Counted from the first letter of the stretch, positions 1 through 11,237 are shown. The stretch is DNA of 64,000 bases from an uncultured Methanomicrobiaceae archaeon (GCA_963826525.1 CAWGXH010000004.1:192001-256000); one strand, 5' to 3'. Notes: generated by a model from the letters alone, not told the origin. Translations and numbers: made by a program.

Positions 1-43
1 GCTGAAAGAGGAAGCAGACCGAATATTAGCAAAGGGTGAGTGA
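1..43 (+). CDS. hdrC: 3' end of probable heterodisulfide reductase subunit C (partial)
   Basis: Frame 2 reads LKEEADRILAKGE* and ends just before hdrB; identity is inferred from gene order only. Confidence 0.55.
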   Translation, partial: LKEEADRILAKGE

Positions 44-47
44 AACC

Positions 48-954
48 ATGAGCAGCAACAATATGCATCAGTATGCATTTTTCCTGGGATGTATCGCCCC
101 GAACCGCTACCCCGGTATCGAGGCGGCAGCCATCAAGACCAGCAAGAAGGTCGGCATCGAGCTGCTCCCCCTCAAGGGCGCGAGCTGCTGCCCGGCACCC
201 GGCGCGTTCGGTTCTATCGACCTGAACGTCTGGTATGCGATGGCGGCACGTAACATCGTCCTTGCAGAGCAGATGAATATGGACATCGCCCTGATCTGCA
301 ACGGGTGCTACAAGTCCATCTGGGAAGTCAACCACAAACTGAAACACAACGACGAACTTCGCGACCAGGTCAACGAAGTGCTCAAAGAGATCGACATGGA
401 GTTCAAGGGAACTGTCGATGTCTGGCACCTCGCCGAGCTCTACTACGACCCCGAGATCGTCGGTGTGAAGAAACTCGCCGACAGCGTCACCCGGCCCCTC
501 ACCGGTGCGAAGATCGCCGTCCACTACGGCTGTCACCTGATGAAGCCGAGGAAAGAGCGGCACTTCGGCAACACCGAAGACCCCATGTGGATCGAGGAAC
601 TGGTCGCCGCACTCGGCGCCGAGCCCGTTCAGTACCCGCAACAAGATGCAGTGCTGCGGTGCAGGCGGCGGTGTTCGCGGATTCGACCTCGTTCACGCCC
701 TCGATATCACGAACGAGAAGCTGATCAACCTGCAGGAAGTCGGTGTGGATGCAGTCACCGAGGTCTGTCCGTTCTGTCAGCTCCAGTTCGACAGAGGTCA
801 GATCGAGATCGAGGAGAAGTTCGGCAGCACGTACGGCCTCCCCGTGCTGCACTTCAACGAGCTCCTCGGACTGGCACAGGGCATGAACCCGGACGAGCTT
901 GCTCTCGACCTCCACGCAATCAGTGTTGAGCCGTTCCTGAAGAAGATCCTTTGA
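48..954 (+). CDS. hdrB: CoB-CoM heterodisulfide reductase subunit B (1-nt frameshift ~637, likely sequencing error)
   Basis: YAFFLGCIAPNRYPGIE, SCCPAPG, CNGC, HYGCH; the second CCG domain (MQCCGAGGG...CPFC) continues in ORF 646-954. Confidence 0.95.
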
Positions 955-964
955 GGTGCAAAAT

Positions 965-2990
965 ATGGCAGAAGTAAAAAAGAACGAAGAGCAGCCTAAG
1001 ATTGGCGTTTTTGTGTGCCACTGCGGTACCAATATTGCGGGCTCCGTCAACATTCAGGAAGTCAAGGATTACGCCATGACGCTCCCGAACGTTGTCGTCG
1101 CCGACGAATACCAGTACATGTGCTCGACACCAGGCCAGGGAAAGATCGCCGACGCCATCAAGGAGCACGACCTGACCGGCATCGTCGTTGCGGCGTGTTC
1201 CCCGCGTCTCCACGAACCCACCTTCAGAAACGCAACGAAGGCAGGCGGGTTAAACCCCTTCCGGTTCGAGATGGCGAACATCCGTGAGCAGAACTCCTGG
1301 GTGCACATGCACCAGCCTGAGGAAGCAACAGCAAAAGCAAAGGACGCAGTCAGGATTGCCGTCGCAAAGGCATCCAAACTCGAGGACCTCTTCCCGAAGA
1401 GCGTTCCCGTTGAGAAGTCCGCGATGGTGGTCGGCGGTGGTGTCGGCGGTATGCAGGCAGCACTCGACCTTGCCGACGCAGGCATCAAGACCTACCTCGT
1501 CGAGAAGACCCCGACGATCGGCGGGCGTATGTCCCAACTCGACAAGACGTTCCCGACACTCGACTGCTCGCAGTGCATCCTGACCCCGAAGATGGTGGAC
1601 GTATACAGGAACGAGAATATCGAGCTCCTCACCTACACCGAAGTCGAGGAAGTGCAGGGATACATCGGCAACTTCGACGTCACGCTCAGAAAGAAGGCCC
1701 GCGGTGTCATCACCCCCGCCGAGGCCGAGGCACGAGGCATCGTCGGCGGCGGCTGTACCGGCTGCGGCGACTGTGTCACGGTCTGCCCCGTCATCAAGCC
1801 GAACGTCTTCGAGCTCGGCATGGCTCCACGAAAAGCCATCTATGTCTATCACCCACAGGTCGTTCCGCTCATCTACACCGTCGACTTCGACTCCTGTGTC
1901 AAGTGCGGTCTCTGTGTCGAGGCATGCGGCACGAAGAAGGCAATCGACCTCGAGATGGAAGACGAGCTCGTCACCGTCAAGGTGGGAACCGTCGTCCTGG
2001 CACTCGGGTACGAGATCTTCCCCATCGAGAAGAAGTTCGAGTGGGGCTACAAGAACTTCGACAACGTCATCACCTCGCTCGAGTTCGAGCGCCTGATTCT
2101 GTGCTTCCGGCCCGACCGGCGGCAAGCTGATCCGCCCGAGCGACGGCGAAAAGCCGAAGAAGATCGCCTTCGTGCTCTGTGCGGGTTCCCGTGACAACAC
2201 CGGCGTCGGCAAGCCCTACTGTTCACGGTTCTGTTGCATGTACTCGCTGAAGCACGCCCACCAGATCATCGAGAAGATGCCCGGAGCAATCCCGTATATC
2301 TTCTACATGGACATCCGTTCCTTCGGTAAGATGTACGAGGAGTTCTACTACCGTATTCAGGACGAGGGCGCGAAGTTCATCCGCGGCAGGGTTGCAAACA
2401 TCACCGAGGACCCCGAGAGCAAGAACCTCTTCGTCCACGCAGAGGATACGCTCCTCGGCCGGCCGGTCGATCTCGAAGTCGACATGGTCGTTCTCGCCGC
2501 CGCCATTCAGCCCACCACCGAGACCGAGAAGACCCGAAGACTCTTCGGTGTCTCGTGCTCGCAGGACGGCTGGCTGCTTGAAGCACACCCGAAGTTGAAC
2601 CCGTGCGGCACCACCACTGCCGGCGTCTACCTCGCCGGTGCCTGCCAGGGACCAAAGGATATCCCCGACACGGTCGCCCAGGCAGAGGGTGCGGCATCCG
2701 CAGCATCGATCCCGATCCACAAGGGAGAGGTCGAGCTCGAGCCCTACTTCGCCCAGTGTATGGAAGACAAGTGTGCGGGCTGCGGTCTCTGTGTGCCCCA
2801 GTGCCCCTACTCTGCGCTTGCGCTCGTCGAGAAGGACGGCAGGACGGTCATGCAGGTCACCGAGGCAAAGTGTAAGGGCTGCGGTACCTGCGGCGGATTC
2901 TGCCCCGGCGGCGCTATCTGGATGCAGCACTTCGCAACCCCGCAGATCATTGCACAGATTGACGCATTCCTCCTTGGAGGTGAGCAGTAA
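965..2990 (+). CDS. hdrA: Heterodisulfide reductase subunit A (frameshift ~2097, likely error)
   Basis: IGVFVCHCGTNIAG, ACSPRLHE, GGGVGG FAD motif, LDKTFPTLDC, ferredoxin motifs; C-terminal half (YCSRFCCMY, GACQGPKDIP) in ORF 2172-2990. Confidence 0.96.
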
Positions 2991-3415
2991 TGGCTGAAGA
3001 GAACTGGAAACCGAAGATCATCGCAATCATCTGCAACTGGTGCTCCTATGCAGGTGCCGACCTTGCCGGCGGCGCCCGTATTCAGTACCCGCCTGACGTC
3101 CGTGCCATCCGTGTAATGTGCACCGGACGTATTGACCCCCTCTTCATCCTGAAGGCATTCCAGGATGGAGCCGACGGTGTTCTCGTTTCCGGCTGCCACT
3201 TCGGTGACTGCCACTACCTCGAGGGCAACTACAAGTGCGCGAAGAGGATGTTCCTCTTAAAGAGCGTGCTCAAGAACATCGGCCTTGAAGACAACCGTCT
3301 CCGCATGACTTTCGTCTCGGCTTCCGAGGGTGCAAAGTGGGGAGCGGTCATGACAGACGTCATCAAGACGGTGAAGGATCTCGGCCCGAGCCCGATCAAA
3401 GAGTTTGCCAAGTAA
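2990..3415 (+). CDS. mvhD: MvhD [2Fe-2S] subunit (Hdr-associated)
   Basis: CNWCSYAGADLAG, RVMCTGR, SGCHFGDCHY. Confidence 0.96.
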   Translation: MAEENWKPKIIAIICNWCSYAGADLAGGARIQYPPDVRAIRVMCTGRIDPLFILKAFQDGADGVLVSGCHFGDCHYLEGNYKCAKRMFLLKSVLKNIGLEDNRLRMTFVSASEGAKWGAVMTDVIKTVKDLGPSPIKEFAK

Positions 3416-3460
3416 TTACCAAATATAACAACTCTGATATATTAAACAGGGGATGATAAA

Positions 3461-3862
3461 TTGGCAATCACAGTAAATCTGATCACGGGTCGGACGATCC
3501 AGCAGGGCGTCTCAATGGAGGGCGGGAAAGAAAAACCCGCCTACACCACCGCCTGCGGGATCATCGAGATTGACCCGTCCGACTTTGCGAAACTCGGTGC
3601 CTATCGCAACACGACCGTTCGCGTCACAAGCGCGTATGGCAGCGTTGCCGTCAAGGCAATCGAGGCAACGCAGGGACCTCACCCCGGAGTCGCGTATATA
3701 CCCATGGGCCCATGGGCGAACCAGGTGATCAACCCGAACACCTACTCAACCGGAATGCCCACGTTCAAGGGTACACCCATCGAGATCACCGAGGCAAAGA
3801 ACGAGACTGTTCTGGACTCACTCGAACTCGTGCGGAAAGCATGCCGGGGTGAAACCGTATGA
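3461..3862 (+). CDS. fwdD: Formylmethanofuran dehydrogenase subunit D
   Basis: LITGRTIQQG...IPMGPWAN...TGMPTFKG; TTG start. Confidence 0.93.
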   Translation: MAITVNLITGRTIQQGVSMEGGKEKPAYTTACGIIEIDPSDFAKLGAYRNTTVRVTSAYGSVAVKAIEATQGPHPGVAYIPMGPWANQVINPNTYSTGMPTFKGTPIEITEAKNETVLDSLELVRKACRGETV

Positions 3863-5172
3863 CAAAGACAATACCTGATGTAGTCTGCCCATTCTGCGGT
3901 ACGCTCTGCGACGACCTTGAGGTCGTCGTCAGCGATGACGGCAAGCAGCTCCTCGAGGTCTACAACGCCTGCGCCATCGGCGCCGAGAAGTTCCTCCACT
4001 CCCAGGCAGAAGACCGCCTTACCCGGCCGCGACTGGCACAGGAAGACGGCAGCTGGAAGGATGTCAGCTACGAGGAGGCTATCGAGTACACCGCACAGAT
4101 GCTCGCAAACTCCACAAAGCCGCTCATGTACGGCTGGAGTTCCACGAACTGCGAGGCACAGGGCGTCGGTTCCGAGATCGGTGAGCTCACCGGAGCGGTC
4201 ATGGATAACACCGCGACCGTCTGCCACGGAACCAGTCTAATCGCCGTACAGGATATCGGGATTCCCTCCTGCACACTCGGTGAGGTCAAGAACCGTGCCG
4301 ACCGTGTCGTCTTCTGGGGATGCAACCCCGCTCACGCCCACCCGCGGCACATGTCCCGCTACTCGATCTTCCCCCGTGGATTCTTCACCGGGAAAGGTCA
4401 CAAGGGCCGGAAAGTAATCGTCATCGACCCGCGGAAGACCGACACGGCGAACGTCGCCGATGTCCACCTGCAGATCGAGCAGGGACGCGACTACGAACTG
4501 CTTGATGCACTTCGTGTCGCCTTCAAGGGTCTGCCGCTGCCCGATGTCGTGGCAGGTATCCCGAAGAACCAGATCTACGAGGCTGCCGAGGTTCTCAAGA
4601 GCGGCCGTTTTGTGATCATCTTCTTCGGTATGGGTGTCACCCAGTCGCTCGGGAAGAACCACAACATCGACGAAGCCATTGCAGTTACTCGTGACCTGAA
4701 CGAATACACAAAAGCTGCCATCATGCCGATGCGTGGTCACTACAACGTGACGGGCTCCGGGCAGGTCTGGGGCTGGCAGTTCGGCTTCCCCTTCGCGGTC
4801 GATCTCTCCCGCGGGTTTGCACGCTACAACCCCGGCGAGACGACGTCGAACGACCTTCTCCGCAGAGACGAAGTCGACTCCGTCTTCGTCCTCGGCAGTG
4901 ACCCCGGTGCACACTTCCCGTTCAGCTCGGTCAAGAAGATCTCACAGTTGCCGTCCGTCTGCATCGACCCGCACCAGACACCTACCTCGGCAGTCTGCAA
5001 GCTGCACGTCCCGGTCGCATTCGTCGGCGTCGAAGTCGGCGGCTGTGCGTACCGTATGGACAACGTTCCGATCGAGACCAGGAAGGTCGTCGACGCCCCC
5101 GAAGGCATGATGACCGACGAGGAGTTCCTCGAGAAGGTTCTCGGACGGATCAAAGAGATCAAGGGGGAGTGA
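3859..5172 (+). CDS. fwdB: Formylmethanofuran dehydrogenase subunit B (Mo/W; Cys-type)
   Basis: VCPFCGTLCDD, TVCHG, WGCNPAHAHPRH, MRGHYNV. Confidence 0.95.
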   Translation: MTKTIPDVVCPFCGTLCDDLEVVVSDDGKQLLEVYNACAIGAEKFLHSQAEDRLTRPRLAQEDGSWKDVSYEEAIEYTAQMLANSTKPLMYGWSSTNCEAQGVGSEIGELTGAVMDNTATVCHGTSLIAVQDIGIPSCTLGEVKNRADRVVFWGCNPAHAHPRHMSRYSIFPRGFFTGKGHKGRKVIVIDPRKTDTANVADVHLQIEQGRDYELLDALRVAFKGLPLPDVVAGIPKNQIYEAAEVLKSGRFVIIFFGMGVTQSLGKNHNIDEAIAVTRDLNEYTKAAIMPMRGHYNVTGSGQVWGWQFGFPFAVDLSRGFARYNPGETTSNDLLRRDEVDSVFVLGSDPGAHFPFSSVKKISQLPSVCIDPHQTPTSAVCKLHVPVAFVGVEVGGCAYRMDNVPIETRKVVDAPEGMMTDEEFLEKVLGRIKEIKGE

Positions 5173-5175
5173 ACG

Positions 5176-6882
5176 ATGGCAGAGTATATCATCAAGAACG
5201 GATTCGTCTTCGATCCGGTCCTCGGCATCAAGGGTGACAAGGCGGACGTTGCCATCAAGAACGGCAAGTTCGTCGAGACGACGGAGTCTTCGAACCCGAA
5301 GACGATCGACGCAACCGGCATGACCGTCATGGCCGGCGGCGTCGATATCCACGCCCACGTAGCCGGCCCGAAGGTGAACATCGGCAGAAACTACCGGCCC
5401 GAAGACAAGCTCTTCAACTGCACCCCAGGGCGGGGTGTCGAGCGGATGCAGGGCGGGTTCTCGGTTCCGACCGTATTCCGGACGGGGTACGACTACGCCC
5501 ACATGGGCTACACCACCGTCATGGAAGCGGCAATGCCGCCGCTCTACGCACGCCACACCCACGAGGAGATCCGGGATACCCCGATCATCGATCAGGGTGC
5601 CTTCCCGGTCTTCGGAAACAACTGGTTCGTGCTCGAGTACCTGAAGAACCACGAGATCGAGAACACGGCATCGTACATCGCCTGGCTGCTTCGGGCAACC
5701 AAGGGGTACGCCGTCAAGGTCGTCAACCCCGGCGGCACGGAGGCATGGGGATGGGGTCTGAACTGCGATAACATTCACGACCCGGTGCCGTTCTTCGACA
5801 TCACCCCGGCGCAGATCGTGAAAGGCCTGATCGAGGCGAACGAGTACCTCGGCCTGCCGCACTCGATGCACGTCCACGCCAACAACCTTGGCAACCCCGG
5901 CAACTACCAGACCACGCTGGATACCTTCAAACTCTCCGAGGGCATCCGCCCGAACAGCAAGTTCGGCCGTGACCAGGTGATGCACCACACGCACGTTCAG
6001 TTCCATTCCTACGGCGGCGAAGGATTCAACTTCGAGTCCAAGGCTCCCGAGATCATGAACTACGTGAACAGCCACGACAACATCACCATCGATATCGGCC
6101 AGGTTACTCTGGACGAGACGACCACGATGACCGCCGACGGGCCTTTCGAGCACCACCTCACCGAGCTCAACCACTTGAAGTGGGCGAACTCCGATGTGGA
6201 GCTCGAGACCGCGGCCGGTGTCGTGCCCTTCGTCTACAGCCCAAACAACAAGGCGAACGCTGTCCAGTGGGCAATCGGCCTTGAACTCGGACTCCTCGCC
6301 AAGGATCTGATGCGGGTCTTCCTCACCACCGACCATCCGAACGCCGGTCCGTTCATCCGGTACCCGCGTGTCATGAAGTGGCTGATGAGCCAGAAGTCAC
6401 GTGAGGAGCAACTCGACGCCTTCAAGCACCGCGACAAGGTCATCGACGTGACCAATATCGCAGGTATCGACCGCGAACTCTCGCTCTACGAGATCGCCCA
6501 GATGACCCGTGCAGGAACCGCAAAGGCACTCGGCCTCTCCCACATGTACGGCAGCGTCAAGCCCGGACTTGAGGCCGACGTCGCCGTCTACAACTTCAAC
6601 CCCGAGGTAGAGAACGCACCGAACGAGATCGAGAAGGCCTTCGGCAACGCGAAGTACCTCTTCAAGGCGGGTGTCCAGATCATCGACGAGCACCAGATCG
6701 TCAGCAACGGCAACAAGCGTACCCTCTGGGTGAACGCCAAGGTCAATGAGAACCCGCAGGTGATGCGCGACGTGAAGGAGAAGTTCCTCCGCTACTACAC
6801 CGTCACGCAGGGCAACTACGAGGTCGCCGGCCACCACTACGTGCCGAACCCCTACGTCATCGAGGTCGATGCAACACAGTGA
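5176..6882 (+). CDS. fwdA: Formylmethanofuran dehydrogenase subunit A
   Basis: GGVDIHAH amidohydrolase motif, KVVNPGG, TTDHPNAGPF. Confidence 0.96.
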   Translation: MAEYIIKNGFVFDPVLGIKGDKADVAIKNGKFVETTESSNPKTIDATGMTVMAGGVDIHAHVAGPKVNIGRNYRPEDKLFNCTPGRGVERMQGGFSVPTVFRTGYDYAHMGYTTVMEAAMPPLYARHTHEEIRDTPIIDQGAFPVFGNNWFVLEYLKNHEIENTASYIAWLLRATKGYAVKVVNPGGTEAWGWGLNCDNIHDPVPFFDITPAQIVKGLIEANEYLGLPHSMHVHANNLGNPGNYQTTLDTFKLSEGIRPNSKFGRDQVMHHTHVQFHSYGGEGFNFESKAPEIMNYVNSHDNITIDIGQVTLDETTTMTADGPFEHHLTELNHLKWANSDVELETAAGVVPFVYSPNNKANAVQWAIGLELGLLAKDLMRVFLTTDHPNAGPFIRYPRVMKWLMSQKSREEQLDAFKHRDKVIDVTNIAGIDRELSLYEIAQMTRAGTAKALGLSHMYGSVKPGLEADVAVYNFNPEVENAPNEIEKAFGNAKYLFKAGVQIIDEHQIVSNGNKRTLWVNAKVNENPQVMRDVKEKFLRYYTVTQGNYEVAGHHYVPNPYVIEVDATQ

Positions 6883-6895
6883 GAGGTGAATCAGA

Positions 6896-7696
6896 ATGGA
6901 GACAGTAACACTCACCATGAAGAACCAGCCCTCACTCTGCCTCGAGGCTGACAACATCACGCCCGATTCCTTTGCCGGAAAGAAGGCAGCGGAGATCGCA
7001 GGCCTGAGCGCATACATAGGGAACACCAAGGTCACCCTCGGCGACTTCTTCGAGGTCGCCGGTAAGGGTGGAGCGACCGCAGCCGAGACCAAGATCGTCG
7101 TCAACGGGGCTCTCTCCCGCGTGAAGTACATCGGCATGAAGATGACCGGCGGCGAGATCGTCGTCAACGGCAGCCCCGACATGTACGTCGGCGCCTGGAT
7201 GCAGGGCGGCAAGATCCACGTGAAAGGAAACGTGGACGCCTTTGCAGGAACCGGGATGAAGGCCGGCGAGATCGTCATCGACGGCAACGCCGGCAACTAC
7301 CTCGGTGCCGCATACCGCGGCGACTGGCGTGGCATGCAGGGCGGCAAGATCACCGTGAAGGGCAACGCAGGCAGCGACCTCGGCACCTTCATGAACGGCG
7401 GCGAGATCGTCGTCGGCGGTGACGTTGACGTTCATGTGGGCACCCACGCCGAGGGCGGCAAGATCGTCGTCAAGGGCAACGCGAAGAGCCGCCTCGGCGG
7501 CCAGATGGTCGAAGGCGAGATCTATGTCTTCGGCACCATCGATGTCATGATGCCCGGCTTCCTCTACCGCGAGGACGTCGACCTCGAGGTCGACGGCACC
7601 AAGGCCAAATTCGCCCTCTACGAAGGCGATGTCGGCGAGCGCCACCGCAAGCGGAAGGGCGCAGTCATCTACGGCAAGCTCTACCAGAAATACTAA
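6896..7696 (+). CDS. fwdC: Formylmethanofuran dehydrogenase subunit C
   Basis: Repeated GxxMxGGxIxVxG beta-helix; AYRGDWRGM. Confidence 0.95.
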   Translation: METVTLTMKNQPSLCLEADNITPDSFAGKKAAEIAGLSAYIGNTKVTLGDFFEVAGKGGATAAETKIVVNGALSRVKYIGMKMTGGEIVVNGSPDMYVGAWMQGGKIHVKGNVDAFAGTGMKAGEIVIDGNAGNYLGAAYRGDWRGMQGGKITVKGNAGSDLGTFMNGGEIVVGGDVDVHVGTHAEGGKIVVKGNAKSRLGGQMVEGEIYVFGTIDVMMPGFLYREDVDLEVDGTKAKFALYEGDVGERHRKRKGAVIYGKLYQKY

Positions 7697-7712
7697 CCCC
7701 TCTTTTTTCCCG
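7697..7712 (+). terminator. Oligo-T terminator after fwdC
   Basis: cccctcttttttcc directly after the stop codon. Confidence 0.55.
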
Positions 7713-7739
7713 CCTCTCCAGGAGGTTTATAAAAGGTAT

Positions 7740-8040
7740 CCATTTAGAGTGTAACATAGTGTTACCTTTTTTTAGATATATCACACTGCACAAAGAGTAT
7801 AAAAAAAATAATATATTGAGCATTTCATCCGAGGATACCGGATATTTATTATCTTTGAGTTAGTATATAATTCCCCATAGATATAAACAGTAATGCTTAT
7901 ATGCGCAGAGATAGTTATTATCTTTTTGTCCCCATGAGGACGTGCAGTAGTGACTTACAGCCATCATCAGCGTGACTTTTAGTATTCAGCATTCAGTTCC
8001 AGATCGTATCCACAAATCGAGGGTTAAATGGAGGAAAAAT
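7740..8040 (+). promoter_or_regulatory. mcr operon promoter and 5' leader
   Basis: AT-rich; TATA-like ttagtatataa (~7860) and cttatatg (~7897); palindrome GTAACAtagTGTTAC at 7751-7765; GGAGG SD before ATG 8041. Confidence 0.65.
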
Positions 8041-9345
8041 ATGGCAAAATATTCAGAAACAATTGACCTGTACGACGATGCAGGCAAGCTGCTGAAGAGT
8101 GGCGTAGCACTCGACAAGATCAGCCCGCTGATCAACCCGGCAACCAGAACGCTCATCGACCTTACCAAGAGGACTATCGCAGTCAACCTCGGCGGAATCG
8201 AGAATGGACTCAAGTCCGGTAAGATCGCCAAGGGCCACATCCTCGGCCGTGAGCTGAACCTTGACATCGCCGGCAACAAGGACGCTATCGTTGCCAAGAT
8301 CAAGGAAATGGTGCAGGTCGAAGAAGGCGACGACACGATCATCCACGAGTTCGGCGGCGGCAAGCTGCTCCTCGTCGAGGTGCCGAGCAGGCGTGTCGAG
8401 GCTGCATCCACTTACGATGCCGCAGTCACCTCGGTCGCAGCCGCGACCACCTACGCACTCGTCGACCAGTTCAACATCAGCATGTTCGACGCATCGACGG
8501 TCAAGGCGGCAATCTGGGGCAGCTACCCGCACACCATGGACATGGTCGGCGCTAACGTCAGCTCCGTCCTGTCGAACCCCCAGAACAACGAAGGTCTCGG
8601 GTACGCACTCCGTAACATTCCCGTCAACCACGTTGTCATGATGACCAACCGGAATGCAATGCAGGGTGCGGCACTCTCGTCCACGCTCGAGCAGGCAGGA
8701 ATGTTCGAGATGGGCAATGCAATCGGCCCGTTCGAGCGCGCCCAGCTGCTCTCCTACGCATACCAGGGCTTAAACGCCAACAACCTGGTCTACGACCTCG
8801 TTAAGGAAAATGGCCAGACCGGAACCATCGGCAGCGTCGTCCAGAGCATGGTCGAGCGCGCCCTTGAAGACAAGGTCATCGCACCCGGCAAGAAGGGCGG
8901 CTACTTCCAGTTCTACGACACCAAGGACCCGATGCTCTGGAACGCCTACGCAGCTGCAGGAACCATGGCAGCAACCATGGTGAACTGTGGTGCCGGCCGG
9001 TTCGCCCAGGCCGTCTCCTCGACGCTGCTGTACTTCAACGACCTGCTTGAGCACGAGACCGGCCTGCCCGGCTGTGACTACGGCCGTGTCATGGGTACTG
9101 CCGTCGGATTCTCGTTCTTCAGCCACTCCATCTACGGTGGCGGTGGCCCCGGTATCTTCAACGGAAACCACGTCGTCACCCGGCACGCAGCAGGTGTCGC
9201 AATTCCGTGTGTGGTCGCTGCAGCAGCGCTTGACGCAGGAACACAGATGTTCTCGGCAGAGAGCACCTCCAAGATCTACGCCGACACCTACGGTAAGATC
9301 GATGTGTTCAACAAGCCCATCCAGCAGATCGCAAACGGTGTATAA
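8041..9345 (+). CDS. mcrB: Methyl-coenzyme M reductase beta subunit
   Basis: MAKYSETIDLYDD..., GFSFFSHSIYGGGGPGIFNGNHVVTRH. Confidence 0.98.
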   Translation: MAKYSETIDLYDDAGKLLKSGVALDKISPLINPATRTLIDLTKRTIAVNLGGIENGLKSGKIAKGHILGRELNLDIAGNKDAIVAKIKEMVQVEEGDDTIIHEFGGGKLLLVEVPSRRVEAASTYDAAVTSVAAATTYALVDQFNISMFDASTVKAAIWGSYPHTMDMVGANVSSVLSNPQNNEGLGYALRNIPVNHVVMMTNRNAMQGAALSSTLEQAGMFEMGNAIGPFERAQLLSYAYQGLNANNLVYDLVKENGQTGTIGSVVQSMVERALEDKVIAPGKKGGYFQFYDTKDPMLWNAYAAAGTMAATMVNCGAGRFAQAVSSTLLYFNDLLEHETGLPGCDYGRVMGTAVGFSFFSHSIYGGGGPGIFNGNHVVTRHAAGVAIPCVVAAAALDAGTQMFSAESTSKIYADTYGKIDVFNKPIQQIANGV

Positions 9346-9360
9346 ATACCATAGATTAGA

Positions 9361-9834
9361 ATGACTGACGCCATATACCCTCAGTGCAGAATTGTCTCTG
9401 CACGGTTCCTCAAGCCCAATACTGCGGAACGGCTCCTGAACCGGATCGTAGAGGTCGGTGGGATCCGGAGGATGTCCATCAACGGACCATCCATCCCCGC
9501 CACCGTCCCCTACGGCCCCGCACGGGGGAAACCAAACCCCCACCCGGACAGGAAAGCGATCCATGTCGGCGATCAGGAGATCCAGCTCAGAGTGCAGGTA
9601 GGCACCATTGTCCTGGAACTCTGTGACGAGAGTCTCATTCCGGCAATGAGAGAGGCATGCGACGAGATATTCGCAGACCTCGGGTTTTCGTATACACTCC
9701 AGCAGGGGCGGTTCATGAAGACGCAGCCGAGCCTCTCTGACTATGTCAAATACGGTCCCGACGCCGAAGATCAGATACTTGGGCTTGTCGATCCGAAACG
9801 GAAAGACGGATTCACCATCGTTCAGGGAAGATAA
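9361..9834 (+). CDS. mcrD: MCR operon protein D
   Basis: INGPSIPATVPYGPARG motif; position in operon. Confidence 0.95.
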   Translation: MTDAIYPQCRIVSARFLKPNTAERLLNRIVEVGGIRRMSINGPSIPATVPYGPARGKPNPHPDRKAIHVGDQEIQLRVQVGTIVLELCDESLIPAMREACDEIFADLGFSYTLQQGRFMKTQPSLSDYVKYGPDAEDQILGLVDPKRKDGFTIVQGR

Positions 9835-10457
9835 TGCCAATCGGAAGAGTAACCCAGGTCGTCGACTGCCGCGAGAGCATGGGAATGGGAAAAGGAGGCG
9901 GTCTCGCCCAGCGGGGCACCATCTCAGAATCCCGGAGTCCCGATGTGATCGTCATCGGCATGTCACCCGGGCGCCGGCACGTAACAAAACCGGTCTGCGA
10001 TATCACCTCCGGCCTCCGCCGCGAGGGAGCAGAGTTCTCGGTCACCACACTGGTACTGAATGCGGGAAGTGGTGTTCCCGCCGATTCGCCGGTTGCGGGC
10101 CACGTGCTCGGAGCGTACTTCGGGCTTACTCCGAAAGAGATCGCACAGATCGAGCAGCATAAGGTTGCGATCCTGCATCATGGGAACGTACGCTCTCACG
10201 TGGTGCAAAAGGTTCGCTTCATCCTCGAACATGCAGATATAAAGGCAATCGTCGTCTCCCAGGCACCCATCGATTACGAGGACCTGGCACGCGAAGGCGT
10301 CAAGACCGCGTACGTCATGCCACCACCCGATAAGATCAAAACGAAGGGAACGGTGATGGAGATCATCAGTGGTGTGACACGGGGGCAGACCCCGTCACGT
10401 GAAAGACTGGCAGAGGTCATTCGTGCCGTTATGAAGGTTATTAAAAGTTCAACATGA
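9834..10457 (+). CDS. mcrC: MCR operon protein C
   Basis: VDCRESMGMGKGGGLAQRGT, SPGRRHVTKPVCDIT. Confidence 0.96.
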   Translation: MPIGRVTQVVDCRESMGMGKGGGLAQRGTISESRSPDVIVIGMSPGRRHVTKPVCDITSGLRREGAEFSVTTLVLNAGSGVPADSPVAGHVLGAYFGLTPKEIAQIEQHKVAILHHGNVRSHVVQKVRFILEHADIKAIVVSQAPIDYEDLAREGVKTAYVMPPPDKIKTKGTVMEIISGVTRGQTPSRERLAEVIRAVMKVIKSST

Positions 10458-10470
10458 GGTGAAAAGCAAC

Positions 10471-11232
10471 ATGGCATACAAACCCCAATATGGACCGGGT
10501 ACCACGCAGGTCGCCGAGAACAGGCGCAAGCAGATGAACCCGCAGTACAAGCTTGAAAAGATGCGCGACATTACCGATGAGGACGTCGTGATGATCCTCG
10601 GGCACCGTGCCCCGGGATCAGCATACCCAACCGCTCACCCGCCGCTCGCCGAGCAGCAGGAGCCCGACTGCCCCATCCGTAAGATTGTGGCCGCTACCGA
10701 GGGTGCAAAGGCAGGAGACCGTGTCCGTTACATCCAGTTCGCTGACTCGATGTTCAACGCCCCGTCCCAGCCCTACCAGAGAACCTACACCTACTGCTAC
10801 CGGTTCCGCGGTATCGACCCCGGTACACTCTCCGGACGTCAGATCGTCGAGTGCCGTGAGCGTGACCTCGAGAAATACTCGAAGGAACTCCTCAACACCG
10901 AACTCTTCGACCCCGCACGCTGCAGCGTCCGTGGTGCAACTGTGCACGGACACTCCCTCCGTCTCGCAGAGGACGGCATGATGTTCGATATGCTCCAGCG
11001 CTGTGTTCTCGGCGAAGACGGCATCGTCCGCTACATCAAGGACCAGATCGGCGAGCCGCTCGACCGTGCCGTTGAGGTTGGAAAGCCCCTCGACGAGAAC
11101 TGGCTCAAAGCACACACGACGATCTACCACTCGCTCGTAGGCACTCCCTACCGCGACGACAAAGAGTACGTCGAATATGTCCAGCGTATCCACTCGCTGA
11201 GGACCAAATACGGGTTCATGCCCAAGGAGTGA
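10471..11232 (+). CDS. mcrG: Methyl-coenzyme M reductase gamma subunit
   Basis: RGIDPGTLSGRQIVE, RGATVHGHSLRL. Confidence 0.98.
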   Translation: MAYKPQYGPGTTQVAENRRKQMNPQYKLEKMRDITDEDVVMILGHRAPGSAYPTAHPPLAEQQEPDCPIRKIVAATEGAKAGDRVRYIQFADSMFNAPSQPYQRTYTYCYRFRGIDPGTLSGRQIVECRERDLEKYSKELLNTELFDPARCSVRGATVHGHSLRLAEDGMMFDMLQRCVLGEDGIVRYIKDQIGEPLDRAVEVGKPLDENWLKAHTTIYHSLVGTPYRDDKEYVEYVQRIHSLRTKYGFMPKE

Positions 11233-11237
11233 TATAA

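Noticed and set aside
965-5172. Selenocysteine or pyrrolysine recoding in hdrA, mvhD or fwdB
   Set aside because: The relevant positions are Cys codons, and the ORF breaks are frameshifts, not in-frame UGA/UAG.
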